Source: Eledone cirrhosa | Taxonomy: Eukaryota | Length of the DNA: 64,000 bases | Direction of reading: 5' to 3' | NCBI GenBank assembly: GCA_964016885.1 | Contig: OZ024760.1 | Location: 5,518,001-5,582,000, forward strand | In this document: in pieces, positions 27,501 through 40,972 of the stretch | How the letters are laid out: the number at the start of each line of letters is the position of its first letter | Numbering within the stretch: position 1 is the stretch's first letter | Program-made: the position numbers and the translations under genes | The notes under the pieces: generated by a model | Seen by the model: the letters and a program-made list of their open reading frames with translations, nothing else | Told to the model about the DNA's origin: nothing | Database searches by the model: none

Positions 27501-28342
27501 TTGCTTCTGATAGGACCCTCTGGAGAGTGTGACTGAGGGCTCTGTCCCCACAACCCTCGGTTGCTTCTGATAGGACTCTCTGGAGAGTGTGACTGAGGGC
27601 TCTATCCCCACAACCCTCGGTTGCTTCTGATAGGACCCTCTGGAGAGTGTGACTGAGGGCTCTGTCCCCACAACTCTCGGTTGCTTCTGATAGGACCCTC
27701 TGGAGAGTGTGACTGAGGGCTCTGTCCCCACAACCCTCGGTTGCTTCTGATAGGACTCTCTGGAGAGTGTGACTGAGGGCTCTGTCCCCACAACCCTCGG
27801 TTGCTTCTGATAGGACCCTCTGGAGAGTGTGACTGAGGGCTCTATCCCCACAACCCTCGGTTGCTTCTGATAGGACCCTCTGGAGAGTGTGACTGAGGGC
27901 TCTATCCCCACAACCCTCGGTTGCTTCTGATAGGACCCTCTGGAGAGTGTGACTGAGGGCTCTGTCCCCACAACCCTCGGTTGCTTCTGATAGGACCCTC
28001 TGGAGAGTGTGACTGAGGGCTCTGTCCCCACAACCCTCGGTTGCTTCTGATAGGACTCTCTGGAGAGTGTGACTGAGGGCTCTATCCCCACAACCCTCGG
28101 TTGCTTCTGATAGGACCCTCTGGAGAGTGTGACTGAGGGCTCTGTCCCCACAACCCTCGGTTGCTTCTGATAGGACTCTCTGGAGAGTGTGACTGAGGGC
28201 TCTATCCCCACAACCCTCGGTTGCTTCTGATAGGACCCTCTGGAGAGTGTGACTGAGGGCTCTATCCCCACAACCCTCGGTTGCTTCTGATAGGACTCTC
28301 TGGAGAGTGTGACTGAGGGCTCTGTCCCCACAACCCTCGGTT
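27501..28342. repeat. 60-bp tandem repeat x14 derived from the LINE ORF end
   Basis: Unit ttgcttctgataggaccctctggagagtgtgactgagggctctgtccccacaaccctcgg repeats at an exact 60-bp period and reads VASDRTLWRV*LRALSPQPS in frame with the upstream LINE fragment. Confidence 0.95.
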
Positions 28343-29252
28343 GATATGAGGGAGATTTGTCTGTTTTTTCTAGCATATAAAAGACTCCACGAAGCTCATG
28401 ACTAGAAAAAACATGAGGAAACATAGTTTATATATTTTAACTGCAGTTTGGTAATTTAATATGCAACGTAGGAGTGATGCAGGGTATGTTTTATGTTGCA
28501 CTTGGTGGTGCACCTGACCCCCCCCCCCCTCTGCAGCTTATCGCCGCTGCTACCCTCTTTCATATTGCACCCAAAACAAGTATCTTTTTTTCCTGTTTGT
28601 ATAAGTGTGTGTGTGCATATCTATATATGTGTGTGTGTTAGCAATTCCACAGAGGTTCTTCTTCTACAGAAGTTCTGGCAGTTAGTTAATACAAGAATAA
28701 TGGTGGTGGTGGTGGTGGTGGTGATGGTGGTGGTGGTGGTGATGGTGATGGTAGTGGTGGTGGTGGTGATGGTGATGGTGATGATGGTAGAGGTGCTAAT
28801 GGTGGTGGTGATGGTGATGGATGGAAGTGGTGGTAATGGTGATGGTGGTGATGATGGTAATGGTGATGGTGGTGATGATTGTAGAGGTGGTAATGGTAAT
28901 GTTGGTAATGGTTGTGGTGGTGGTGGTGTTAGTGGTGGTAATGGTTGTGGTTTTGGTGGCAATAGTAGTAATGGTGATGGTGATGGTATACGAGATCTTA
29001 ACAAAAGAGATTTCAGTCCCCAGTTTGTTGCGCTGCTATCTCTGAAGAGGTTTTTACCCCGAAACATTAGATTGTTTTGTTGGTTGTTGCTGCTGTTGTT
29101 GTTGTTAGAAAGACAGTTCTGTGGTGTGGTGTGTGGCTGGGGGGGGGGGGGGGGGGGGAGGATCATATCATCATCATCATCATCACTGTTTAACATCTAT
29201 ATTTGATGGTTATATGGGTTAGACTGTGTCTATATATACATATATATATATA

Positions 29253-29283
<31 letters not shown>

Positions 29284-30544
29284 GTGTATGTATGTATATA
29301 CATGTGTATATATATATATATGTATATATATACATACATACACATATATCAATGCTAGAATTTGAGATGATGATAACTATGATTGGGGGAAAAAGAAGAG
29401 AAAAGGGTGGAGTTCCCTTTTTTTGTTTTGTTAAGTGTTGTTGTTGTTGTTGTTGTACTAAGAGGGTATAGTTAGGTATATATATTTATTTATATATTTA
29501 CCTGTTGTTACTCACCTGTAGAGTATGTCAGTAATTGAGAGGTGGAGAGCTGCTGCTGATATTATCATCATCATCACCATCATTATTACCACCACCATCA
29601 CCCGTTTTTTTTTTGCTGCCTACTTCTACCCACTACCCTCTCCATACCACAACCCCTTATCACTACACCCTACCTCACACTTCTGTCCTGACCCCCTACC
29701 ACTACCCCAACACCCCTACCCCCACCACTACTACCCCACTACCCCACCGCTAACCTATCTTCATCTATCTACCCCATACCTCCATCACAGCTACCCTCTA
29801 TAAACACTTATTTGAGACTTTCCTATCATGCCATCCACTTTAACACAGACATTAGGGGAGAAGAACTTTATTTGCTTTTGTCATTTGTATTATTAATAAC
29901 CCTTTCCTTACGAGGGGGGGGGGATAAAATAAAGTACCAGTAACGCACTGGGGGGTTGATTTAATTGACTTCCCCCCTCCCCCAAATTGTTGGCCTTGTG
30001 CCTAAATCAGAAACCATTATTAGTAGCTCTTTCCTTACAGGGGTTGATAAAATATAGTACCAGTAACGCACTGGAGTCAATTTAATTGACTTTCCCCCCC
30101 CCTCTCCCAAATTGTTGGCCTTGTTGAACTTAGAACATAAAGGGACATAACTCTATGCTGCAAAGCATGGTGTCTGACAATCTACCGATTCTGCCAATCC
30201 AACAACCCATTTCTACAATAAAATGAGTATTTTTATTATAACATGCATAATCACCATCAGCTTTATCATCATTACTGCAATCATCTTCATCAACATTACC
30301 ACCACCACCACCATCATCATCATCAATATTATCCTCATCATCATTACCACCATCATCACTATCTTCACCACCACCACTATCCTCCTCCTCCTCATTATTT
30401 AATGTCAATCAGAACCACTAGCCCCTCTAATGGGTTAGTGGGACACATTTGAATTATGTTCTTGCACTTTACAGAGTGTACTGGGTGCATTTCATTTTTT
30501 CTGACTATGTTCTGAACTGTTCTATGTAGTTTACTGCAAATTAC

Positions 30545-32390
30545 CACAACAATCTGTCCACTAGTAAAGATACTATAAACGTTTGAATTAACAAACCTGT
30601 TTTTAGATATTTTCTGCTACATCATTACAGGATGTTAAGAGATAATACTGCAAATGTTTACAACAATCTGTCCACTAGTAAAGATACTATAAACATTTGA
30701 ATTAACAAACCTGTTTTTAGATATTCTCTGCTACATCATTACAGGATGTTAAGAGATAATACTGCAAATGTTTACAACAATCTGTCCACTAGTAAAGATA
30801 CTATAAACATTTGAATTAACAAACCTGTTTTTAGATATTCTCTGCTACATCATTACAGGATGTTAAGAGATAATACTGCAAATGTTTACAACAATCTGTC
30901 CACTAGTAAAGATACTATAAACATTTGAATTAACAAACCCATTTTTAGATATTCTCTGCTACATCATTACAGGATGTTAAGAGATAATACTGCAAATGTT
31001 TACAACAATCTGTCCACTAGTAAAGATACTATAAACATTTGAATTAACAAACCTGTTTTTAGATATTCTCTGCTACATCATTACAGGATGTTAAGAGATA
31101 ATACTGCAAATGTTTACAACAATCTGTCCACTAGTAAAGATACTATAAACATTTGAATTAACAAACCTGTTTTTAGATATTCTCTGCTACATCATTACAG
31201 GATGTTAAGAGATAATACTGCAAATGTTTACAACAATCTGTCCACTAGTAAAGATACTATAAACATTTGAATTAACAAACCTGTTTTTAGATATTCTCTG
31301 CTACATCATTACAGGATGTTAAGGTAGAATACTGCAAATGTTTACAACAATCCTTCCACAAGTAAAAACTAAAGATTTGAATTAACAAACCTGTTTTTAA
31401 TATTGAAAATGTTCACAACAATCTGTGCACTAATAAAGATACCATAAATATTAGAAACAAACCCATTTTTAGATATTCTCTGCTAAATCATTACAAGATG
31501 TTAAGATATAATACTGCAAATGTTCACAATTATCTGTCCACCAGTAAAGATTCTATAAACATTTGAATTGACAAAGCTGGTTTTAGATATTTTCTGCTAA
31601 ATCATTCATCACCATCATGTTCCTGGAACTGGTGCAGCCAGTCATTGGGGTGCCACTCTCAAAACACTTCTGCTGTCAGTTGTCGCCATTGGTCTCTGTT
31701 CTCTGCCATGCGTAGAAGGGTCTCTGTGTTGTGACCAGTCCAGTCTTTGATGTTGATGGACCAGGATCATTACAGGATGTTAAGAGATATATTACAAATT
31801 TTCACATCACTCTGTCCACTAGTAAAGATACTATAAACATTTGAATTAACAAACCTGCATTTAGATATTCTCTACTAAATCATTACAGGATGTTAAGGTA
31901 GAATACTGCAAATGTTTTCAACAATCTGTCCACTAATAAAGATACTATAAACATTTGAATTAACAAAAATGCTTTTAGATATTCTCTACTAAATCATTAC
32001 AGGATTTTAAGGTAGAATACTGCAAATGTTTTCAACAATCTGTCCACTAATAAAGATACTATAAACATTTGAATTAACAAAAATGCTTTTAGATATTCTC
32101 TACTAAATCATTACAGGATTTTAAGGTAGAATACTGCAAATGTTTTCAACAATCTGTCCACTAATAAAGATACTATAAACATTTGAATTAACAAAAATGC
32201 TTTTAGATATTCTCTACTAAATCATTACAGGATTTTAAGGTAGAATACTGCAAATGTTTTCAACAATCTGTCCACTAATAAAGATACTATAAACATTTGA
32301 ATTAACAAAAATGCTTTTAGATATTTTCTAAAAAAATCATTACAGGATATTTTTACTACAATCTGTCCACTAGTAAAGATAGTATAAACA
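30545..32390. repeat. 114-bp satellite (two sub-arrays, interrupted by a LINE)
   Basis: Unit caacaatctgtccactagtaaagatactataaacatttgaattaacaaacctg...actgcaaatgttta with period 114 (30661 to 30775). Confidence 0.95.
31607..31765 (-). mobile_element. 5'-truncated RTE LINE inserted in the 114-bp satellite with target-site duplication
   Basis: Minus strand reads WSINIKDWTGHNTETLLRMAENRDQWRQLTAEV with a tgatggtgatg tail. ATCATT direct repeats at 31601-31606 and 31766-31771. Confidence 0.8.
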
Positions 32391-32769
32391 TTTGTAATTC
32401 CTTTTCTTAGAAGTAACGGAAGCTAGCTAATGAACCACGTCAATTAATTAATGTTAAAATATTATTGGAAATACATATTGTTCTATTGACTACAAAAGTT
32501 TTTATATCAATATAATTGTTTCTACTATTGGCACAAGGCCAGCAATTACCCCAGTACATTACTGGTACTTTATTTTATCAACCCTGTAAGGATGAAAGGC
32601 AAAGTTAATATGGCTAGTTGGTTTGTTGTTGTTGGTTGATAGGTTTGTGTATTTTGTGTGTGAAGTTTGACTTATTTATTTTTCAATTCATAGATTTTGA
32701 TCAAGCTCCTTAAATTTAAGTTGCTTGAGATTTTATATATCCCTAGGGAACAATATTTTAGTGACCCGT

Positions 32770-32840
<71 letters not shown>

Positions 32841-33132
32841 ACACACACACACACATAGGTATATATGTGTATGTATATATATATATATATATTCATGGCC
32901 TATGAGAGGGGGTGTTCTGGGGCCCAAGAGCTAAGAAGGCCCCATAGCAGCCATGCAACATCCATTTTGAGAAAATATTTTGTCTGCTTTGGGCTCCAAA
33001 GGGGTCTTGTACCGCCTTGTAAAATTTCCCTTGGAAGCCCTGCATATATTTACCTGTGGGATATACTAAAAAAAAATTTCTTTCGAATATAGCATCATCA
33101 TCACTGGAAAAATAGACATTAAACAGTGATGA

Positions 33133-33325
33133 TAATTGTTTCTACTTTTTGGCACAAGGCCAGCAATTACTCAGTACATTACTGGTACTTTATTTTATCG
33201 ACCCCGTAAGGATGAAAAGCAAAGTTAACCTCGGCGGGATTTGAACTCAGATCATAAAGGGACATAACTATGCTAGAAAGCATGGCGTCTGACCCTCTAC
33301 CAATACTGCCAATTCACCACCCTTC
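33133..33325 (-). mobile_element. Same SINE family, full-length
   Basis: Same motifs as the 45727 copy. Additional partial copies at 4520-4715(-), 13480-13592(-), 32514-32610(-), 13020-13240(+), 22695-22850(+), 25212-25372(+), 29900-30200 and 47405-47475(+). Confidence 0.8.
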
Positions 33326-33539
33326 TGCCAATTCACCACCCTTATCAGTGATGATAATGATGATGATATATATATATATTCGAAAATATTTTTTTTAATA
33401 TATCCTACACGGGTAAATATATTAAAAAGAAGCTGAAAATGCAATTGGAGTCTTGAAGAAATTTTATTTAATAAGTTATAAATTATTGTAAATAAACTTC
33501 TTAAAGACTCCAATTGCATTTTCAACTTCTTTTGCATAT

Positions 33540-33588
<49 letters not shown>

Positions 33589-33869
33589 AACAAGTGAAAA
33601 GAAGTGTACAGACACAATAGTATATATGGCTGGTTAGTTGATTGATGGTGGCGGCGTTGGTGTGTGTGGGGGGGGGGACAGAGAGAAAGAAACAAGCTGT
33701 GTTACACAGAGAGAGAGAGAGAGAGAGAGACACTAACTATGTGTGTTAGAGAGAGAGAGACAATAACTATGTGTGTTAGAGAGAGAGAGAGACAATAACT
33801 GTGTGTTAGAGAGTGGGGGAGGGAAACAAGATGTGTGTTAGGAAGTGAGAGGGTGAGGGAGCCACCAGC

Positions 33870-33912
<43 letters not shown>

Positions 33913-34104
33913 GTGAGAAACAAGCTGTGTGTTTGAGAAGGCTAGAGAGAAAGAGAGAGAGAGAAAGATAGAATTGATAGAGCTATATATATATATTAGA
34001 TAGGAGCTGTGTGTGATAGAACCAGAGAAAAAGGAGCTAGCTCATATGATGTGTCAGTATGTTTACTGTCAATATACCCAAGCAGGTTAGTTAACCCAGC
34101 TCAC

Positions 34105-34136
<32 letters not shown>

Positions 34137-34540
34137 TATATATATATATATACATGTGTGTGTCAGTGTAGAATATATACACACTCACACACTACACAGC
34201 CAGTGTTAGTACAACAGCAGGCTAGCTATCAGCCAGGAGCTAGCTCTTGGGAGCTCCCACCTCTTCCTTATATATAATATTATATATACATATATATTAT
34301 ATTTACATATATATATATATAATATATGTATATTGCTTCTTCTTTTGGTGGTGAGGCCCGAGACATTTAACAAGGATCTTTATTTTAAAAAAAGGTGCAG
34401 TTGTGGATCTCCATCACCGCCACCACTACAAGAAGTGGAATTGAGCACACAACCCACAACACCCTGATATTCACCACATCTTTACCCCCCCCCCCCACAC
34501 ACACCTAACCAAAATATCTTACATCTAACTCCATTTCTTG

Positions 34541-34572
<32 letters not shown>

Positions 34573-34643
34573 CACCTCTCAATAGTTCCATATATATATA
34601 TATTCACACACACATATATACATACACACAGACATATATACAC

Positions 34644-34683
<40 letters not shown>

Positions 34684-35049
34684 GGTACTATTTGAGGGGA
34701 CCTGCATCATACAGTGGAAACTGTAGTAACAGGCTCCAGGATCAGCCTTAAAAAAATCATCAGCCTCCAGTACTCATTCCCGATTTCTGCAATACTAACG
34801 GATATATACAATATACTACAAACAATATATAATATATATGTATATACACATATATACACTTTAAATAGTGTGTATATGTGTATAAAACTATTTAACATAC
34901 TGATGGATATGTCATGTAAACAGAATATATACACCAGCTCTGACCATTTGGACAATGTTGACCAGAAAAGGTGACCATTCTTTTTTGTATTTATTTATTT
35001 ATTTATTTATTTATTTATTTTCTTTGTTTTTGCATGTCTTTTTATATTT

Positions 35050-35995
35050 TCATCATTACTGTTTAACATTCATTTTTTTCCATGCTAGCATGGGTTAGTC
35101 GAGTTGTCCTGTTGTGGAATAAGTCATGTCAGGTGATTGTGTCTTGTTCATACAGAACTATTTCTGGCTTGGTTTCTACAGCTGGATGCCCTTTCTAATG
35201 CCAACTACATTTATAGTGGGTACTAAGTGCTTTTTTTATCATGGCAGCAAAACAACCACTTTACAGTGTAGACTAAGTGTGTGTTTTTTATTATGGCATG
35301 AAAGCAATCACTTTTCCGTATGGACTATGTGCTTCTTGTTGTGGCACCAACAGTACCACTTTATAGTGTGAACTGGGTGCTTTTCATCATGACACTAAAA
35401 GCACTGCTATACAGTGTAGACTGGGTGCTTTTTATCTTGGCACCAACACAATCACTTTACAGTGTGGACTGGTGCATTTTATTGTGGCACCAACACAACC
35501 ACTTTACAGTGTAGACTGGTGCATTTTATTGTGGCACCAACACGGCCGCTTTACAGTGTAGACTGGGTGCTTTTTATCATGGGACCAAAACAACCACTAT
35601 ACAGTGTGAACTGGGTACCTTTTATCGTGGCACAAACACAACCACTTTAGAATGTGTGGGTTAGTTGTTTTTTATTGTGGCACAAACACAACCACTTTAC
35701 AGTGTGGGCTGGGTGCTTTTTATTGTGGTACCAACACAACCACTTTACAGTGTGGGCTGGGTGCTTTTTATTGTGGCACAAACACAACCACTTTACAGTG
35801 TGGGCTGGGTGCTTTTTATTGTGGTACCAACACAACCACTTTACAGTGTGGGCTGGGTGCTTTTTATTGTGGTACCAACACAACCACTTTACAGTGTGGG
35901 CTGGGTGCTTTTTATTGTGGTACCAACACAACCACTTTACAGTGTGGGCTGGGTGCTTTTTATTGTGGTACCAAAACGACCATTTTACAGTAGAA
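35050..35995 (-). mobile_element. RTE-tail element with internal 48-bp minisatellite expansion
   Basis: Tail motif ttccatgctagcatgggttag followed by about 15 copies of acacaaccactttacagtgtgggctgggtgctttttattgtggtacca. Confidence 0.75.
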
Positions 35996-36699
35996 AGAGT
36001 GCTTTGTCTACACACACTAACATATACATATACACTTACACACATATGCAACCCACACATATGCACATGGTGAGACACACACACACACTACATCTGCCTG
36101 TATCTATACAGATAAATAAACATGCCAATGTTTATACTGACTACACTACAGAACAATTACTTTAATTTTATACAACAGCAACAATAACTAAAACAACAAC
36201 AACAACAACAGTGCAATGGGGTAGAGGGAGAGGTAATCAATAGATTGGTGATTTCTATTGGTTTCGTTTGCTTTGGTTTGTTTACACATTTAAATTGATA
36301 GAGATGGCCTCCAGTAGTCCCCATTATCTAGCTTACCCCCACACCGCTGTCCTCTACCTCACCATTCTCTATAACAACCCCCCCCCCCCAGTCCTCTACC
36401 TAACTCTTCCTCTCCTCTCCAGTCACACATCTGGACCTCACATCTTTCCTCTAACACCCCCTGCCCCGGCTCTACCTTTCCCCTCCTCTGCCTCTACTGC
36501 CACCATTTCATGGAACACCACCGCCACCACCACCACCACCACCACCACCACCACCACCACCACCACCCTGTAACTCACCATACCCTATAACAAACACACT
36601 CCTCTCTGAATTTCCAGCATGCACCCCACCCCCCGTCACTGCCCCACTCTTCCCTTTAACATCCCCTACCCTTCTCCACTGACCCACACCTCTACTCTT

Positions 36700-37145
36700 T
36701 AGTGTTGTTGGTGTTGATGTTTGTATTGTTGTTGATGGTATTGTTGTTGTTGTTGGTGTTGGTGTTGGTGTTGGTGTTGGTGTTGTTGGTGTTGGTATTG
36801 TTGTTGTTGTTGTTGATGGTATTGGTGTTGGTGTTGTTGGAGTTGTTGATGGTATTGGTGTTGGTGTTGGTGTTGGTGTTGGAGTTGTTGTTGGAGTTGT
36901 TGTTGGAGTTGTTGTTGGTGTTGTTGTTGGTGTTGTTGTTGGAGTTGTTGGAGTTGTTGTTGGTATTGGTGTTGGTGTTGGAGTTGTTGATGGTATTGTT
37001 GTTGGTGTTGGTGTTGGTGTTGTTGGTGTTGTTGTTGGTGTTGGTGTTGTTGATGGTATTGTTGTTGGTGTTGGTGTTGTTGTTGGAGTTGTTGTTGTTG
37101 TTGTTGGAGTTGGTATTGTTGTTGGTGTTGTTGTTGTTGTTGTTC
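36700..37145. repeat. (TTG/GTG) compound trinucleotide repeat
   Basis: Source of the poly-Q/H and poly-L ORFs. Similar (CAT/CAC) fields at 6250-6690, 16790-16990, 28700-28990, 53420-53765 and 58350-59255. Confidence 0.9.
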
Positions 37146-37395
37146 TCCTATTCTCATCACAGTTACAATGGCCTTCCTAACATTCTTGATATTAAAAAAA
37201 TTCCAATCATTCCAGGGAGAAAGACTACCTAGGTGTTTAGTAGTAATTAAAGGTGTGTTTTAACCTGCATGGATGCTCAAATTTAATAATACTCACCTCA
37301 TATATCGGTCAGGTAAACACTTGTTCACCCTTGTCAGAAATACTCCACAAACACCCTCCACCCTCTTTCTCTCTTTCTCTCTCTTTCTCTCTCTT

Positions 37396-37504
<109 letters not shown>

Positions 37505-37681
37505 TGCTCTTCCATTCCTCTTAATTATGTGTGTGTGTATGTATATATATATATATATATATAGTAATAATAAATACAAAGACCAAAAATGGAAGAGGGC
37601 TCGATAAGGCTTGTATGTGTGTGTATATATATATATATATACATACACATATATAAGTATATATAAACGTGTAGTGTAGAG

Positions 37682-38042
37682 CAGAGGTTCTCAAACTTTT
37701 AGGGCCACCCACCTCCTTCACAGCGATGTAATACCCTCAGCGCACCCCATGCCAATTTCCAAGAGACCTTTCTACATACGCAAATATATTCTTATCTCAA
37801 TAAAATAATGCACAAATTTGCCAGACATATTGGAGAAGTCAATAGTATACCACTAAAACAGCCCCTCCAGATAGGTGTTTAAGGAGGGGTTTCAATGAGA
37901 AGGATGCGTCCGGTGAAGTGAAAGTAGCCTCTCAATCTCAGGCTGAATTGTACTAAGAATATGTCTGGGTGGAATGACACAGCCTGTCCGTGTTCCTCCC
38001 AACACCTCCCCGTGGGGTCAGTAACTACCTTGAGAATCTCTG
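37682..38042. mobile_element. hAT (Charlie-like) MITE
   Basis: TIRs CAGAGGTTCTCAA / TTGAGAATCTCTG. It interrupts a repeat whose empty site (tagagcaaatattta) is seen near 12355 and 46260. The 8-bp TSD is degenerate. Confidence 0.65.
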
Positions 38043-38169
38043 CCATAAAGCAAATATTTATAATTAGTACAGATTAAAGTTTAAGCAAAAGAATTTCTGC
38101 TTTTACCCTATACAGAATCTTCTGAAAGTTTCAGAAGATCCTGTATAGGGCCAAAGCAGAAATATATAT

Positions 38170-38787
38170 CTTCATCATCATTTTACGTCCATTCCTCCAT
38201 GCTAGCATGGGTTAGACGGGTTGTCCTGTTGTAGGCAATGCCAGGTCGGGTGACCATATCTTGCTCATAAGGGAACTTATTTGGGTTTGATTTCTACAGC
38301 TGGATCCCCCTTCCTAATACCAACCTCATTTACAGTGAGTACTGGGTGCCTTTTCTTTTCGTGGTGCCTCCACAACCACTTTGCAGTGAGTACTGGGTGC
38401 CTTTTCTTTTCGTGGTGCCTCCACAACCACTTTGCAGTGAGTACTGGGTGCCTTTTCTTTTCGTGGTGCCTCCATAACGACTTTACAGTGAGTACTGGGT
38501 GCTGTTTTATCATGGCTCCTACACAACCACTTTACAGTGAGTACTGGGTGCTGTTTTATTATGGCTCCTACACAACCACTTTACAGTGAGTACTGGGTGC
38601 TGTTTTATTATGGCTCCTACACAACCACTTTACAGTGAGTACTGGGTGCTGTTTTATTATGGCTCCTACACAACCACTTTACAGTGAGTACTGGGTGCTG
38701 TTTTATCATGGCTCCTACACAACCACTTTACAGTGAGTACTGGGTGCTGTTTTATCATGGCTCCTACACAACGACTTTACAGTGAGA
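38170..38787 (-). mobile_element. RTE-tail element with internal 49-51-bp minisatellite
   Basis: Tail motif plus about 9 copies of acaaccactttacagtgagtactgggtgctgttttattatggctcctac and variants. Confidence 0.75.
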
Positions 38788-39039
38788 GGGGGTGGGGGCA
38801 TATTGTCTATATGTTTCAGCCTCGGCATGTACCTGTGGGAAGTCCTGGGAAGTCTAAGTACATATATATATACACACACACACACTCATACACGCACGTA
38901 CATACATGTGTAAGTATTTATAAATATACATATATATACACACACACCCAACTCTGTAAAATGGTTTGTTTTAGGATGGCATCCAGTAAAAGGGACCATG
39001 TCAAAAACGATTCTATTTGGGTGAAACGGGGTAGGGAGA

Positions 39040-39440
39040 TGGGGAGGGGATGAAACTTGCTCCCTAATCTATTTAGGGGGAAGAGGGAGGGGTTGAAAGA
39101 TGGTCCCTGATTTTAGGGTGAGGGGGGGGTATTGAAAAGTGGTTTCTCATCTATTTAGGAGAAGGGGTTGAAACGTGGTCCCTGGTCTATTTAGGAGAGG
39201 GAGGAGGTTTAATGTGATCCCTGATCTATTTAGGAGAGGGACGGGGGGTTTGGAATGTGATCCTTGGTCTATTTAGGGGAGGGAGGGGTTGAAACGTGGT
39301 CCCTGATCTAATTTCGGGAGGGAGGGGTTGAAATGTGGTCCCTGATCTATTTAGGGGGAGATGGAGGGGTTGAAATGTGGTCCCTGACCTACTTAGGGGA
39401 GGGAGGGGTTGAAATGTGGTCCCTGATCTACTTAGGAAGG
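39040..39440. repeat. G-rich ~38-42-bp degenerate minisatellite
   Basis: gggaggggttgaaatgtggtccctgatctatttagg repeated about 10 times. Confidence 0.8.
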
Positions 39441-40092
39441 AGGAGGAGAGAGATGGCAGTTGTGATTCAATACTGACTTGGTGTATAACAACCTATCAAA
39501 CCCAGCTAACCCATCTCATGGTAGGCAGAGGAGATTTAAAAGGATGATGATTGATGTGAAGGGGTCTGTACACACACACACACACACACACACATACACA
39601 CACATCAACACAGTCATACACATGTACACATAAACACAGGCATACACATGTACACAAACATATGCACACACATACACAAGCACACACATACACATGTGCA
39701 CATACACAAGCACACACATACACATGTGCACATACACACACACACACATGCACACACATACACAAGCACACATGTGCACATACAAACACATGCACACACA
39801 TACACAAGCACACATGTGCATATACACACAAACACATGCACACCCATACACAAGCACACATGTGCACATACACACAAACACATGCACATACATACACAAG
39901 CACACATGTACACACACACACACACAAGCACATACACACGCACGTGTACACATACACACACACACACACGCACATTAGGAACATTTACTGATGTGCTGTA
40001 TCTGTAAACACCATTTTGAAAACATCTCAGTTGTTTAGTGATTCCATGTTTATCATTTCTAACATGGTCTTACACACACACACGCATACACA

Positions 40093-40152
<60 letters not shown>

Positions 40153-40219
40153 CACACATACAAATGCCAGGGTATATGATGTTATATCCAACCCAGGCCA
40201 AAAATTGGAAAATTGACCT

Positions 40220-40323
40220 TGCAGCTGATAATGTATCTATCTAAATACACACACACACACACACACACACACATGCGTATGTATATATATATACACACAC
40301 ACATGCATATGTATATATATATA

Positions 40324-40381
<58 letters not shown>

Positions 40382-40495
40382 TATACATGTATGTATATAT
40401 TAACAAGCATTTGTTTATATAGGTATCTAAATATACATGCATATATCTAGGTTTGCCTAAACGAGTGTATGGTTGTCTATATATATGCGTGTGTG

Positions 40496-40530
<35 letters not shown>

Positions 40531-40739
40531 ACATGCATATATATATGTATGTGTGTGTACGTGCATATATGTGTGTGTATGTGTATATATATATGTGTGT
40601 GTGTGTGTGTACATGCATATATATATATGTATGTGTGTGTGTACGTGCATATGTATGTATGTGTGTGTACGTGCATATATATATGTGTGTATGTATATAT
40701 ATGTATGTGTGTGTGTACGTGCATATATGTGTATGTGTA

Positions 40740-40784
<45 letters not shown>

Positions 40785-40905
40785 AAGGTGTATGTGTATA
40801 TATATGTGTGTTTATGTATATATATGTGTGTATATATATATATATGTGTATATATATATATATGTGTGTGTGTATGTGTATATACATATAACGTGTGTGT
40901 ATCTG

Positions 40906-40972
<67 letters not shown>

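Noticed and set aside
27456-28424. 322-aa minus-strand ORF with 20-aa repeats
   Set aside because: Antisense reading of the LINE-derived 60-bp array.
36699-37232. Poly-Q/H and poly-L ORFs
   Set aside because: Translations of a (TTG)n compound microsatellite.
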